From: Hormiphora californensis
Lineage: Eukaryota > Animalia > Ctenophora
DNA: 64,000 nucleotides
Direction of reading: 5' to 3'
Assembly: GCA_020137815.1 (NCBI GenBank)
Contig: CM035362.1
Location: 930,001 to 994,000, forward strand
Of the stretch, positions 1 through 21,369 are shown piece by piece; within the stretch, counting starts at the first letter, position 1, and each line of letters begins with the position of its first letter. The notes under the pieces were generated by a model. That model had not been told where the DNA came from and searched no databases. It saw only the letters and a program-made list of their open reading frames with translations. Made by a program: the position numbers and the translations under genes.

Positions 1-9321
<9,321 letters not shown>

Positions 9322-9747
9322 GGCTACCGAGCCACCATTCTATTGCTAGGGGGAGGTGAGGGGTAACAACTTATATTATCAAGGCGGCTCATGAGCACTA
9401 ATGCAAATAATAGTAGTTGTTTAACAAACGTATAAAGTTAAAGACATTTCCCCATTTAATAATAACAAATTGTTCAACTGTAAGTAAAAACCTGTTTTAG
9501 TTCAACTAAAAACTGTTATCCAGAATCAAAACAAAAAGGATAGACATGTGAGGACAGTCCTTCAAAGACAAAGGAAAACGTTTGGATTATCTGACACAGA
9601 CACACACTCTCGCTCTGGAATTATTAGTGAGATCAGAGAGTGAAATAGGGTTACCCATAGCAACTCTCTCTCTTTCTCTCTCTCTCTCTCTCTTTTGTGT
9701 GTGTTGGAAACATCATGAGAGATGCAAAAAAGATAGAGTCCAGACTT

Positions 9748-9801
<54 letters not shown>

Positions 9802-9969
9802 AAGGAACAATAACTAAGATACGAATAACATATCCTACTGCACTGCCTCTCAACACAACGCACTACGTTGAACAACACAACACTTAGCTCACTAATACGC
9901 AAGCACAATAACAGGTCACTCGACTACAAAGATTATGCCAAGAGAGTGACAGTGTCCCCTCCCCCTTAT

Positions 9970-10876
9970 TATTAGGGTGATCCATAAAGATTTGCACTTG
10001 GCCCTTCCTGGTCGCATGTGATGTTGGGGACCAAAAATTTTTACAGGATCTTTTAGATTGGACAATTTTGGATTCCTAAGACCATACATGAAGTTCAGAA
10101 CGGGTTTCACTGGAAGGGTGAGCGACCATGTCCAACCTCCAGTTATGTTGCCGTCTACGTGTCAAAAATCAGGTCGTGGTATTAGCCTTATGCAAGCCGT
10201 AAAATGATTCCGGTAGGCCCAAGACTCTTTGTAGGTGAATAATGACCCCTTTTAAAGACATTTGGGCAAAAATTATGTCCAATCGGTTTACGCACTCGAT
10301 TTTGAGGGCTATTTTTAGAATTCGGTCAAAAACCCATTTTTTCACTTTGAAAGGCTGTCGCCATGGACCAGATGGGTAGTTTGTCATTATTTGAGGCTTA
10401 AGTTGAGGTTTAGACTCTGCTCAACACGATCCTAAAGTGATCTGATGGTTTTGAACGTCTTAGGTGACCTGAAATTCGAGTTTGAAAAAATCGCTCAAAA
10501 ACGGGCGATTTTTCATGGATTTTTGTGTCATAATTGTTGCGATTTGTTGTCCTCCACTGAAATTTTGACACTTTTTCTGCAAAAAAAGGGTTGTTTGAGA
10601 TGTCAACTGATACAGTGGACTACTTCAGGACCAAAAAAATTCGTTTGCTTATCTTTGTGGTAACTTTTTGACCACTTTTTGGGTAAGTGAGACGGCACCA
10701 TGACCTATGACCATAAAATTCTTTACAGCATTAGCACAAACTTTTTCCAGATCGCTAAAATGGTCGTTATGAGACCCAATTTCCATCAGGAACAAGGTCC
10801 TGTAAAAATTATATGGCTCTGATTAGCACAAAGCTTTCAAAAACGCTAGTGCAAATCATTATGGATCACCCTAATA
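9970..10876. mobile_element. Non-autonomous Tc1/mariner-type element
   Basis: TIRs TATTAGGGTGATCCATAAAGATTTGCACT / AGTGCAAATCATTATGGATCACCCTAATA with terminal TA; no transposase ORF. Confidence 0.8.
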
Positions 10877-11261
10877 TGACATGTCCCCTCCCCTGGCCCC
10901 TTATTATGACATACTATGACGACATCATAACAACACGCCCCCCCCTCTCCAAAATAACCCGGAAAGCTATTTTGAACTGAAAATTACGTCACATGTGACA
11001 ACAATAGTTCATTACTAGAATAAGCTTCCTTCCATTTTCCTAGAATGGGCTTAGAACATTTCTAGGAAGCGGTAACACTTGTCTAGAAGCAAAGCATTCC
11101 ATGGTGCCAGTAATTCTCTCCAAAACATGTTCTAGATTTAGCCATGATATTCTGAGTATTCCCTGTATAGTATTAGATCTGTTGAATTACCACTGAAGTT
11201 ACAGACCGGTGTAGTTGTGGTACCCAAAGATTGGCTCATGAAAAGGTAAATCAGTATCCTA

Positions 11262-13510
11262 TTATTCCTGGTTTTCAGTCAGATAATTCTGGTATACCAT
11301 GTGTGCTGTTATGAGGTCTTCTAATGCTAAACCAAGGTTTTTAAACAGAGTTATACGCTGTCCATCTCTAGAATAGGAGCTGCTGAGGAGAGAACCCAAG
11401 TTGTGATCAACCTTGGCTCCTGTCTGTACTACGTCACCTGGAGAGGGAAGGGGAGATAGAGAGGGAAGCAGAGGGAAGGGGAGATGGAGAGGGAAGGGGA
11501 GATAGAGAAGGAAGGGGAGATAGAGAAGGAAGGGGAGATAGAGAGGGAAAGGGGAGATAGAGAGGGAAAGGGGAGATAGAGAGGGAAAGGGGGGACAGCT
11601 ATCATATTAGGGGCAAAAGTCTGAAAACGTCATATATAACCGTGTTATGTAAACATTTCTCAAAGTATGGAAATATCTGAACGATGTGAGGCGTGAGAGT
11701 GAGAGATCACCAATTGGGGTGCAGAACTAACCTGCTTCCACGCGTTTGTGTCACGTGATGCCCATATATGGTGTGTCACGTGATTAGTTTGTACCTGCTT
11801 CCACTAGACACGCATTACTACAATCTGCTACCAGTAGTGTTGATTGACACTTCATTAGATCGTCTCCAATTTCTCTAGTTACCGGACTGGATGCCCCCAC
11901 AATGTTAACATGGGCACCTGAACAGATTTCAGAGATCAGATACACGCGGGAGGTAACTATTTGATTACAACGAGTTGTTTTATCGCGCTTGACACGCGAG
12001 TTGTCACCAAGGAGGTAACCTGTTATATCAGATGATGGAAATCGCGGGAGAGGTTAAACCGTTACCCTTGTTACCTAGTTACCGTTACCTAGTTACCCTT
12101 ATATTACCTAGTTTGACATGGTCCCTGAACAGCACTGGTTCTACTGATGACGTAACAGTACAGATAATATCAGCTCCCTTACACGCCTCCCCCACTGTAT
12201 CAGATACTGTTATAGAGGGGGTTGTACTGGCAAGGGATACTGCACGCTCTCTTGTCCTGTTCCATACTCGCACCTGAGGAGAGCTCGGTGATCATGGTGT
12301 ATCATGGGCCGTAGAGAGAATTAGGCATGATCGATAGGTTAAATGTCAATCTCTTCTATTGCACAGTTCATTCATTGTACTGTTCTGAGCGGAGAGAATG
12401 AAAGTACAACAAACACTTTCTTATTCCACACCTCATCGAAATTATAGATCTCTCTCAGTGCCTTGATATGACTTCTCGCCTGGACCCCCGCTCCAATAAC
12501 CGCTAACACTTTACTATCAGGGTCTGCTAGTAGTTTAGTTGCTATAGCTGAACAGATAGCCGTCCTTTGGGCTGTGATCTCTTCAGCATCCATCTCACAC
12601 AGTATCTGACCTGGTAGTGCAGGTAGAAATAAGGAGTCAGTTTAGAGGATAATAAGGAGTTAGAATGACGTCACAATGTTGTGTTTAGAGCACCGGGAAA
12701 TAACTGAACAATGGGAACCAAGGTAAGGTGTTTTCAATTTTCATTTTTACACCGAACCTCTTGTCAAACACAATCTAAACAGAGTAATAACCCACCCTGT
12801 AGATTGAATAGTTGAATGACTCCAAGATGGGTTGGCAAGGACCGGGCAGTATTACTGGGAACCGCACAAACAACTTTCAAACCCATAACACCACGGGAGG
12901 GTACTATAGCTGGCATGGGTATAAATCTGGAGGAGGGCGGGGGATAAGTGAGTTACAACAAGGAATGATAATGATTGCTAGAATAATAGAACGAGGAGAA
13001 TAGTCTGGAAAAATATACCTATTCTAAGCTACAAATCTGGGATTGAGAGGGTGGTAGAAACACCTAGCTATGTGCGTCAGATGTTTACATGTGTCGTCAT
13101 GAGATAGAGAAGGAAGTATGTGTGCAGTGTGAGATGGAAAATCATGGATTCCTATGTATCCTATTACAGAAGTGAAAATATGATAAAGCTAGGATTAGAT
13201 GGAAAGAAACAGGTAGAGAAAGGAAAACCTAAATACTGAAAATTAAAATGGAAACCCAATACTTGGGAATCCAACTGTGGGAATTCTAATTCTAGTCAGG
13301 TACAAACCCAATATTTGGGCATTCTAATTCTAGTCAGGTACCTACCAGGATTCACCTATCTTTAGTTCCTGGTACTGTCAACTGGGATCTAACTGGTTGG
13401 ACTATCTCGCCCCTTGAATACTCCTGGAATCCCTGAGAAAGCGCCGAAAAGAGTTCCGCAAAGGGAGGCAGGTGTCGTGAGACATCAGATGCTAGGAGAC
13501 GGACTGCCAT
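11262..13510 (-). CDS. CRYM: Mu-crystallin / ketimine reductase (ornithine cyclodeaminase family), multi-exon
   Basis: MAVRLL...EIVQPVRS; MDAEEITAQRTAICSAIATKLLA..VLAVIGAGVQARSH (Rossmann GxGxxA); VWNRT; ADIICTVTSS.EPV; last exon ITLFKNLGLALEDL; stop 11262-11264. Confidence 0.9.
11441..11595. repeat. Purine-rich ~19-bp degenerate tandem repeat (intronic polypyrimidine tract on minus strand)
   Basis: Repeated GGGGAGATAGAGA(G/A)GGAA next to the last CRYM acceptor. Confidence 0.8.
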
Positions 13511-13723
13511 GGAGCTAGATAGAAATGAAATTAATAGTTTTGGAAACAAAGGATAAAGTAATTGGTTGGGACAATAGAGACACTATCGTGGTCGGAGAGA
13601 AATAAATAAACATCTCTTGTGTGTATGCAGCTCACTGAATAATTTAGCGTAGTACAAAACACACACACATACACTTGGCAAAACTCCAATATAAACCGGC
13701 CCATACAAATATTATAAATGATC

Positions 13724-15530
13724 TCAGATCGAATCGCTCTTCCGTTTGTGTCTCCACGTTGGTCGACCATCAGGAACATCCCCAGCTGATGTAGACCCAA
13801 AGAATGAGTCATCAATCAACTTCCTTTCTTGAACGACAGTCTTCACACACTCTATCACATCACCCACCTTGACATCATTGATGCTCTTTTTAGCGAAGCC
13901 CATTCCACACTCCGTGGTGCCTGGTGATGTCATCAAGATGTCCTCTCTCTTGAATTTCAGTGAAGCAATCCTGCCCTCCCAGACTGGGAACTGCCCCCGT
14001 TTAATTCGGTATTCCTGAGAGATATCCATTGTTCCGGATATCCCGTTAACACCGACAACTTTCCGTTTCTTATCCCCGTGTATCTCAGCTATCTTGCCCT
14101 TTCCTACCACTTTCTTGACGTAGTTCACTGGTAACTTTTCATTTATAACATTACTAATATCGGTCGCCAGATCATATATAATGTCGTGTTTCAGAACGGC
14201 AGCTGTGGTCGGGAACTTCAAATCTGGGACATTGAACAAAATGATGGGAGCATCAATCCCCTCAGCCACTCTTATGTCATCTTCAGTTAGAGTTTTAACA
14301 GATTTCCGGTGGACGGCTACAGACACCTCGTGAGTTGAGATCTTTAGCATCTGTTCAATGGTTTCCAGTGTGGCAGTAGTATCTGCACAGATGATGAAGG
14401 ATACTTTTGTTACCCCGTAGGGTAGGGCTTCTGAGAACACCTCCTGCGTTTCAAGTTCCTTCAGCTTGTTCTTTATGGCACTGATTTTCTTTTGTGTCAC
14501 ACTCCGCTGCTCCCTACCACGGCTTGATCTAACTGAGTAGATGTAACTTCCTACAGATCCAGATCCATCGAAACTCTGGAGACCATTAATAACGACGGGC
14601 ATGCCAGGTAGACCCACTTGGATGGGTTTACCGTCAACAGACAGGATATCTCTCACTAGTGCATCCCGCTCTGGATTGTAGATGACACGGTCACCTTTCC
14701 GGATCTGGCCTCGTCTAACCAGGACTGTCATTAGGAGGATACCGGATGGACTTGTTTGGATATCGAATACAATTCCCTCCATGCCGTGCTGTCGATCATC
14801 CGCTGTTAGGTCCATTCTGTTAGTTACCTGGAGAAATAGGTATGTTAGCAAGGATGTTAGAAGAGTTAACGATGAGATGAGATGATTATTGTGAATGATG
14901 GTAGGGTGGTCCCCAGGTGTTTGAAAATCAATAATCCCCCGATCTAAGCTACCAAATTTCAACCCAAACAGCTGCAGAAGTTACCTGTTTAACAGCGCTC
15001 ATAAGAGATGGTAGACCCTCCCCAGACAGAGCAGATATAGGAACAGCAGGGATATTACCACCCACAGGAACAGTCTCAACACCTTCATCAAATAACATCT
15101 CACACGCCATATCAGGGTCAGCATTGGGTAGATCCATTTTATTTAGCGCCACCACAAGAGGGATGTTGTTAGCACGAAGTAGTCTGATACACTCCCTGGT
15201 TTGTTGTTTGACACCCTCCTTAGCGTCAACTACCAGTATAGCAGCGTCTGTTAGAGAGCTCCCTGTGGCACGCATTCTTGAGAAAGCAGCGTGTCCTGGA
15301 GTGTCGACGATAGTGAATTTGTAGTTTGTCTCAGGGATGGTGTGCTGGAATATACTGTTCTTTTGAGTGATGCCACCTGCTTCAAGGGAGACATTGTTTG
15401 TTTTTCGTAGCGAGTCAATTAGAGTTGTCTTCCCATGGTCTACGTGACCGAGAACTCCCAGGATCGGGGGACGAGTGTAGGACCGCCCTCCTAGCAGGGA
15501 TGTGTGGAGTCGAATACGGAGATGGTTCAT
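13724..15530 (-). CDS. MTIF2: Mitochondrial translation initiation factor IF-2; two exons (14985-15530, 13724-14827)
   Basis: RPPILGVLGHVDHGKTTL, EAGGITQ, DTPGHAAFSRMR, NKMD, ISALSGEG GTPase motifs; IF2 C-terminal HDIIYDL and ECGM; Arg-rich N-terminal presequence-like segment. Confidence 0.92.
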
Positions 15531-16272
15531 TGCATTTCGGGTGTGTGAATAACGCTGAAAGAATCCGTGATGTTCAGTTTTGAGTCCCAGACGAGCCGTG
15601 CGAAATTCAAAAATCGGAACGGAAAAGAGAAAAAAAAAGTGACCAAAAATGAGTTTGAATTTATTTTGGAAATTCAAATTTTAAACTACTCCACACTGCA
15701 ACGCGCCGCGGATTTTATTTGCGCGCCGCAATTTTTTGTCGATTTTCGACATTTCAAAAAAATACGCCGATTCTTTGTCAAAAACAAACAATAAAATTAC
15801 AGACATTAATTGCAAAAAAACTTACACGAATCATTTTACACAACACACGTGGTGATAAAGAAAACTTGCTTCAAAATGATTCCTAACTTATCATTATCAC
15901 TCTTTCAAACAATATCAATCAACAACTCTCTCGAAGAGTTGAAACAAACAAATGAGGTGTCATTTACACGTACATACAGGCAACCAGCCCTGACTTTATA
16001 CTAGGATTGATAAAAGAAATATATGTCTCTTGTTGTGGTGTCTTTGTCCCCTGAAATATTACCTTTCGACATCCCTAAAGACGAGAAAGATCAGGATTGA
16101 AGTGCGGTTTCCAAAACAACTCCGGGATACAAGGCACCTGAAGCACTGCCAGAATGTGTCCCTAAAATCAGTCCCTGTCAAGCCAACACTCTGACCGCTG
16201 AGTCTCCACATCTTTACTCCTACCCGCACTTTGGGTGAGATCATAAAACATTTTTCCTAATTTCACATTCCA

Positions 16273-19200
16273 CTACCTCATTAGTTCGGCGTACCACTTT
16301 GACACCACTTCCTTTCTATTTGCTGAGTTCCTATGCTTCACAATCCAAGGATGATTTAGAAGGATATCATATTTGGGACGATACCGAACATCCTTGCAAC
16401 AGCACTGACCCACAAAGTCCACAAAATCACTGCTAAACCCATCATCTAGACTGAGAGCTGGAGCGGGTTTGTTTAGGATCTCTGTCATCAGCTCGAATTG
16501 GATGTTGGTTTCGTTGTAGGGGTATTTGTTGTAGGCTAGCTCGTGGAGGGTGATTCCAAGGGACCATACATCTGCACGGATGTCGTAGTTACTTTCTCCC
16601 TCTATCTGATATGGGGATACGGAGGTAGTTAGCATGTTTAGAAATATGTTTATTAACTATTACGCCTAGTTTTAAATTGGCCAGACCCCGTCAAAAGTGG
16701 GTTGTGTTTTATATTTATCTAAAAGAGTAAATTAATTAACAACTAACTAATATTTCACGTACCGGTGGATCTATCCTCTCAGGAGACATATATCGGGGAG
16801 ATCCCTGGTCTCTACTGTGTGCCATACTATCGACCAAGTTTCCTGCTATCCCAAAATCACACAATTTCACCTTTCCGTCTTTATCAATCAGTATATTGGA
16901 GGGTTTAACATCTCTGTGTATCACCTGGTAAGAGAGAGAGAGGGGGATGTGAGTTTGGGAAAACTGCAGTTGGTAATCTACAAAAATGTCCTAAGCTAGT
17001 ACCAGGGAAAACCGTACTGGAGGAATACCCGGGGTAATAAACCTTCAGACCGGGGGTCGTGGGTGTACCTTTAGTTCCTTTTTAAGATAGTGCAGCCCAT
17101 TTAGTACCTCAACAGTAATGGCACCCAGTACCTCCTCAGGTACACCTCGGACACCTGGAGATATTATGGTTACCATGGTGATCAGATATCATGGCTACAA
17201 GACCATAGTTACCATGGCCTGGTTAGTAACCAGTGATTACAGATGTTTGGTATAATTTCAATAGTGTGAAATTCTTCTCTCATTTGGTTTATCTAAGCTA
17301 TCGAGATATCGAGAATGCTTTCCGATCTTCATTACTCTATTATTAAATTAATGCGGACACCAGATCTACTTACCCTTTACAGTCATACGTTTCTCTATTT
17401 GTTGTAAACACGTATCCATGGGTTCCATACAAATACACACGTACTCCTCAGTCACGTACGCTCCTGAAAAAGAGGTTGCATAATTACATATATCTACATA
17501 ACCCTCGAAAATTAGAGAGGTTACATAAATCTCTACATGGCTATCCCCCCTTGTTGAGGAAGGGGGGTTTGCTATTTAACAAACTCCCTCTCGCAGTGGC
17601 TGACAAGTAAAATAAGATACAAATAGCGGGATGAAAAGAAGAGACTATTACAATATCCACTTATATAATTGATTAATTAAACAATATTCACTTATAATTA
17701 ATCAATTAAACAATATTCACTTATAATTAATTAACCCCTAATTAACTAATTATACCGAATGAGTTGATAATAGAGCCACACTGGTGAACTTTAACCACAA
17801 TATCAAGATCAGTAAGTATCCTCCTCGCTTCTTTTGGGTCCTGTGTGTGAAGAAAGAATTTAGAATTTCCTGTGTGAAGAAGAATTTTATTTTAATCTTG
17901 TTCTAAATCTTGTTCTGGAGAGTTCTAGAATGTTTTGCCATGACCTAATAATATTCAATATTAAAGCTGCAAGGAGGGTTCTATAGAAGTCACCTGTGTC
18001 CTTCGCATTTGTTTGACAGCCATTTTGGTTTGTGTTGGTACATGGATAACCTCCTGGACCTGCCCAGTCGCTCCCTCCCCTGAATAAGGAGTTAATTAAC
18101 AACCCCATGGTTACCGATTCTGTTGCCATGGTAACTAAAGAATTCGCTCAAATTGGTTGAAGAAGATGGTGAGAAGAAAACTCCGGGTGAGATAGTAATA
18201 TACCCTCCGCTTACCTACCTAGTTCTGACCCCTGTTTACAGAGAGAGAGGGTCGAACAAGACACCCCCACCCCACCACATACCTAGTTGTCTGATGATTT
18301 TAAAATCAACTTGGGTTACAGTGTACGTTTGTCCATCTATCTTGAGCTCATTTTTAAATCCTTTCAAAATCTGGAGAGAAGGAGAAAGTATAGGACAGAA
18401 AATTGAAGTGAAGATATAGATGGAGAAAAAGAACGTATTTAGAAGCGAAAACAAGACAAAAAGAGAGAAAATATAGAGAGAAATATGTAGATTTGTTACA
18501 CTTACATTACTGTGGGATCCATTAATTTCTGAACTGTTTCTGGGAGCTATAGGAATATGTAGATCGCTGTTAAAACTCAATCCTGTTGTTGGTCTTCGGC
18601 CATCTGGTGGAAGAGGAGGGGTTGTTATGTTCTAACCTTACAGGGTTTACAAAGCAAGAGAGGGGAGATGGATAATAATTCTACTGTTTCGCTCATATTC
18701 CCCTGAGCTCTAATTTTCCCACAGTGCGCGGTGTGAACGCGCGTTCAGCTGAACTGGTGTACTTTCATCACAGTGATGTCCGTGTCTGGCTAGTTTGGAA
18801 GTGACCCCGCTCTATCGCGCAGTAGGGGGTGATTGTGTGGTGGGGGATCTGGCATTGGTAACGTGGTCCTTAAATCCACTCTCTCTTTTTATCTCTCTAA
18901 CTCTCCCTATCTCTCTCACTCCCTATCACTCGGAGAGAGTCTAAGAGCGGAGGAGGGGTAGACACAGTTTTTTGAACAAAAGCTTTACTGAAGGCCACAA
19001 GTTAACTGAGCACTGAGCAAGCTGACAGACGTGTCAGGTTCCGCTACAAATCTCCCTCGCTCCTAAACCTCCAGGGCAGGTGATGCTCCATATATGGAGA
19101 TATGTCCTTATTAGGGCATCACGTGACACTCACCTGAACCACCAGGTGTATCGGGTGTAGATCCCCGTGAACTTGTCAGACCTCCCAGACTGAGTGGTGA

Positions 19201-19486
19201 TGGTGAGCTGGTGTTAAAGAGACTACTAGGTCGTTGTGGTCCAGCCATCGCACCATTAGTACTCCTCCTGGGAGTGGGGGTTAGGCGTTAGGATGGTAAG
19301 GACAGGTGTTAGGGACAGGTGTTTGATTTAGACGAGATGCCATTGACTGATAAATTGATATGAAGGTCTCAGCAAAATAACAACAATTGTGTTTTAGACT
19401 TACGGTTGGGGCCGTGACGCATGACTGACGGACATCTTCTTGAGCTGATCATAGATGTCCCGTTGTTTGGGTTTGTCCCCTGACAT
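16273..19486 (-). CDS. MAP2K7: MAP kinase kinase, MKK7-like, multi-exon
   Basis: ATG 19486; docking-like RRPTTGLSF; GEGATGQV, MAVKQMRRT, IHRDVKPSNIL, KLCDFGIAGNLVDSMAHS, YMSPERIDPP, YDIRADVWSLGITL. AVKQMRR and YDIRAD favour MKK7 over MKK4/3/6. Confidence 0.8.
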
Positions 19487-20246
19487 AATGATGTTCTAGT
19501 GCTGCTAACCTCTCTGGAGTAGAGGGAGAGAAGTGGGGGAGTGGTTAGTGGTGGTCAGGAAAGTGGGGTTGGCGAGGGAAGTGGTTAGGGAAGTTGGGGA
19601 GTGGTGGTTAGGGAACGACAGGCTGGCAACATCCGGCCTAAATGTAGAAGTGGTTACAGGATAGAAATGCAGAGTTACAGGCCGAAATAGGACACGGAAA
19701 AGAAAAGGTACCCTGTATTTTTTATAAAAAACAGTACACAGAAGCGGCCCAAAAAATACAACAAAGACACAGAAAATAATTCAATACATTCACGTCACAC
19801 GCAGCAATATAATACTGGGTTTAAAGAGCAATAGTATAAGTTTTGAGAGTTAAAAACCCAGGACTTATATTACACAGTTTAAAGATGGTTTCTCTTGTTG
19901 AGAAACTCAGGAGCTGATTCAGATTTACTCGCAGTATCCATAGAGATTAATAAATGTTGTTAAATTTTTCAATAATTTAAGGATATTATAGCGGGGATCC
20001 ATTAGTATATTCCAGAAAAAGACAAGGAAGAACGGTCAAATATTGTTCCCAAAAATGTCATTCTGACACTGCAGGTACCCTCCGATATTGTTAGGACGTG
20101 CAGCACTCAGCAGGTCATAGTCTCTTATTTAGGGAATGATACTACTCTCTGATGGTACACTATTTAGGGTCTGATAGTCAATATTCTAGCGTACAGGGAC
20201 TGCAGTCTGAATTAGGGTGACAGTCGACCCTCATTCAAATGGTACA

Positions 20247-20634
20247 CTATTTAGGGAAGGTATTGGTATTCTGCTGGAAGATGGTGCTGCTACTCATCAG
20301 GTTCTCAATGTACTGTGTCAACACCTAGATAGAGGAATAACAGGGGTCAGAAATACATCATGCATGCTGGATTTCGGTAAAATATTCCCTTTCTGTAATG
20401 TAGCAGGAGCTGGGCCAAAAGAGACACTAAATATATCCAGTAATTATAATTTCAACAAACCTGATTTTCTGATTTAAGTTTGTTGTTCTGTTCTTTAACC
20501 CCATCAACTCTCTGTGCCAGGTCGTCCAAAGTGTTTTGTAAATCTAGAACCTCCTGGATCAACTTCTCTTTTTCATCAGCCCCACCACCACCCACTGCAC
20601 CACTAGCAGCTGTACCAGGCGAACCGTCCTCCAT
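20247..20634 (-). CDS. SCOC: Short coiled-coil protein SCOC/UNC-69; two exons
   Basis: [38 protein letters not shown] | [17 protein letters not shown] matches the family signature. Confidence 0.9.
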
Positions 20635-21369
20635 GTTACTAGAAATATAGGGAGGGAGTGAGAGAATAGAGTAGAGTATCACTAGAGATATAGGGAGGGT
20701 AAGAACTAAGAAGATATGTAATAATAACCTATTTGGGAGGACCGAGGGGGGGTGTGGAACTTTACAAATGGAGGAATGTTAAAGAGAAATTACATGTACT
20801 CTGTCGGTAGTAGGCAGCTGAATAGTGGAAATGAAACTCAGGTTTTGCAAGGTACAAATACAATTTGATAAAATACAACTGCAGTCCGCACAGCCGTCAT
20901 ATTATAATAGCTCCTTCCCCTTCTGACTCTCTTCATCTCTCTTCCTCACACTCTCTCTCTCTTTCTCTTTTCTCACTTCCCTTTTCTTGCTATCATCCCT
21001 CATCCTGTTTTAGTTTCCCCCAAGGAAGGTATTATAGTATCCCGAATAACTCTACAATTCCCGAATCCCCCTACAAATCACCGCCAGAACTATCTCTCCT
21101 GCTCTCATCTGAATTCACAATGTCATTTCATCCTCGTATCACGTGACTTAATTAAACGTAACATACATCTCTCTATAAAGGAGATCTCATTATTATAGGA
21201 AGCTCACTTCATCTTCAATTCATTATAGGAAGCTAGCTCTTCATCTTCTTCTCACTTCTCATCATGTCGTTATCATGTTAACACGATGATAACGCTGTCA
21301 CAATGTTAACATTATCATAATGTTAACACAATATTAACACAATGTTAACATGATATTAACACACGCCTC

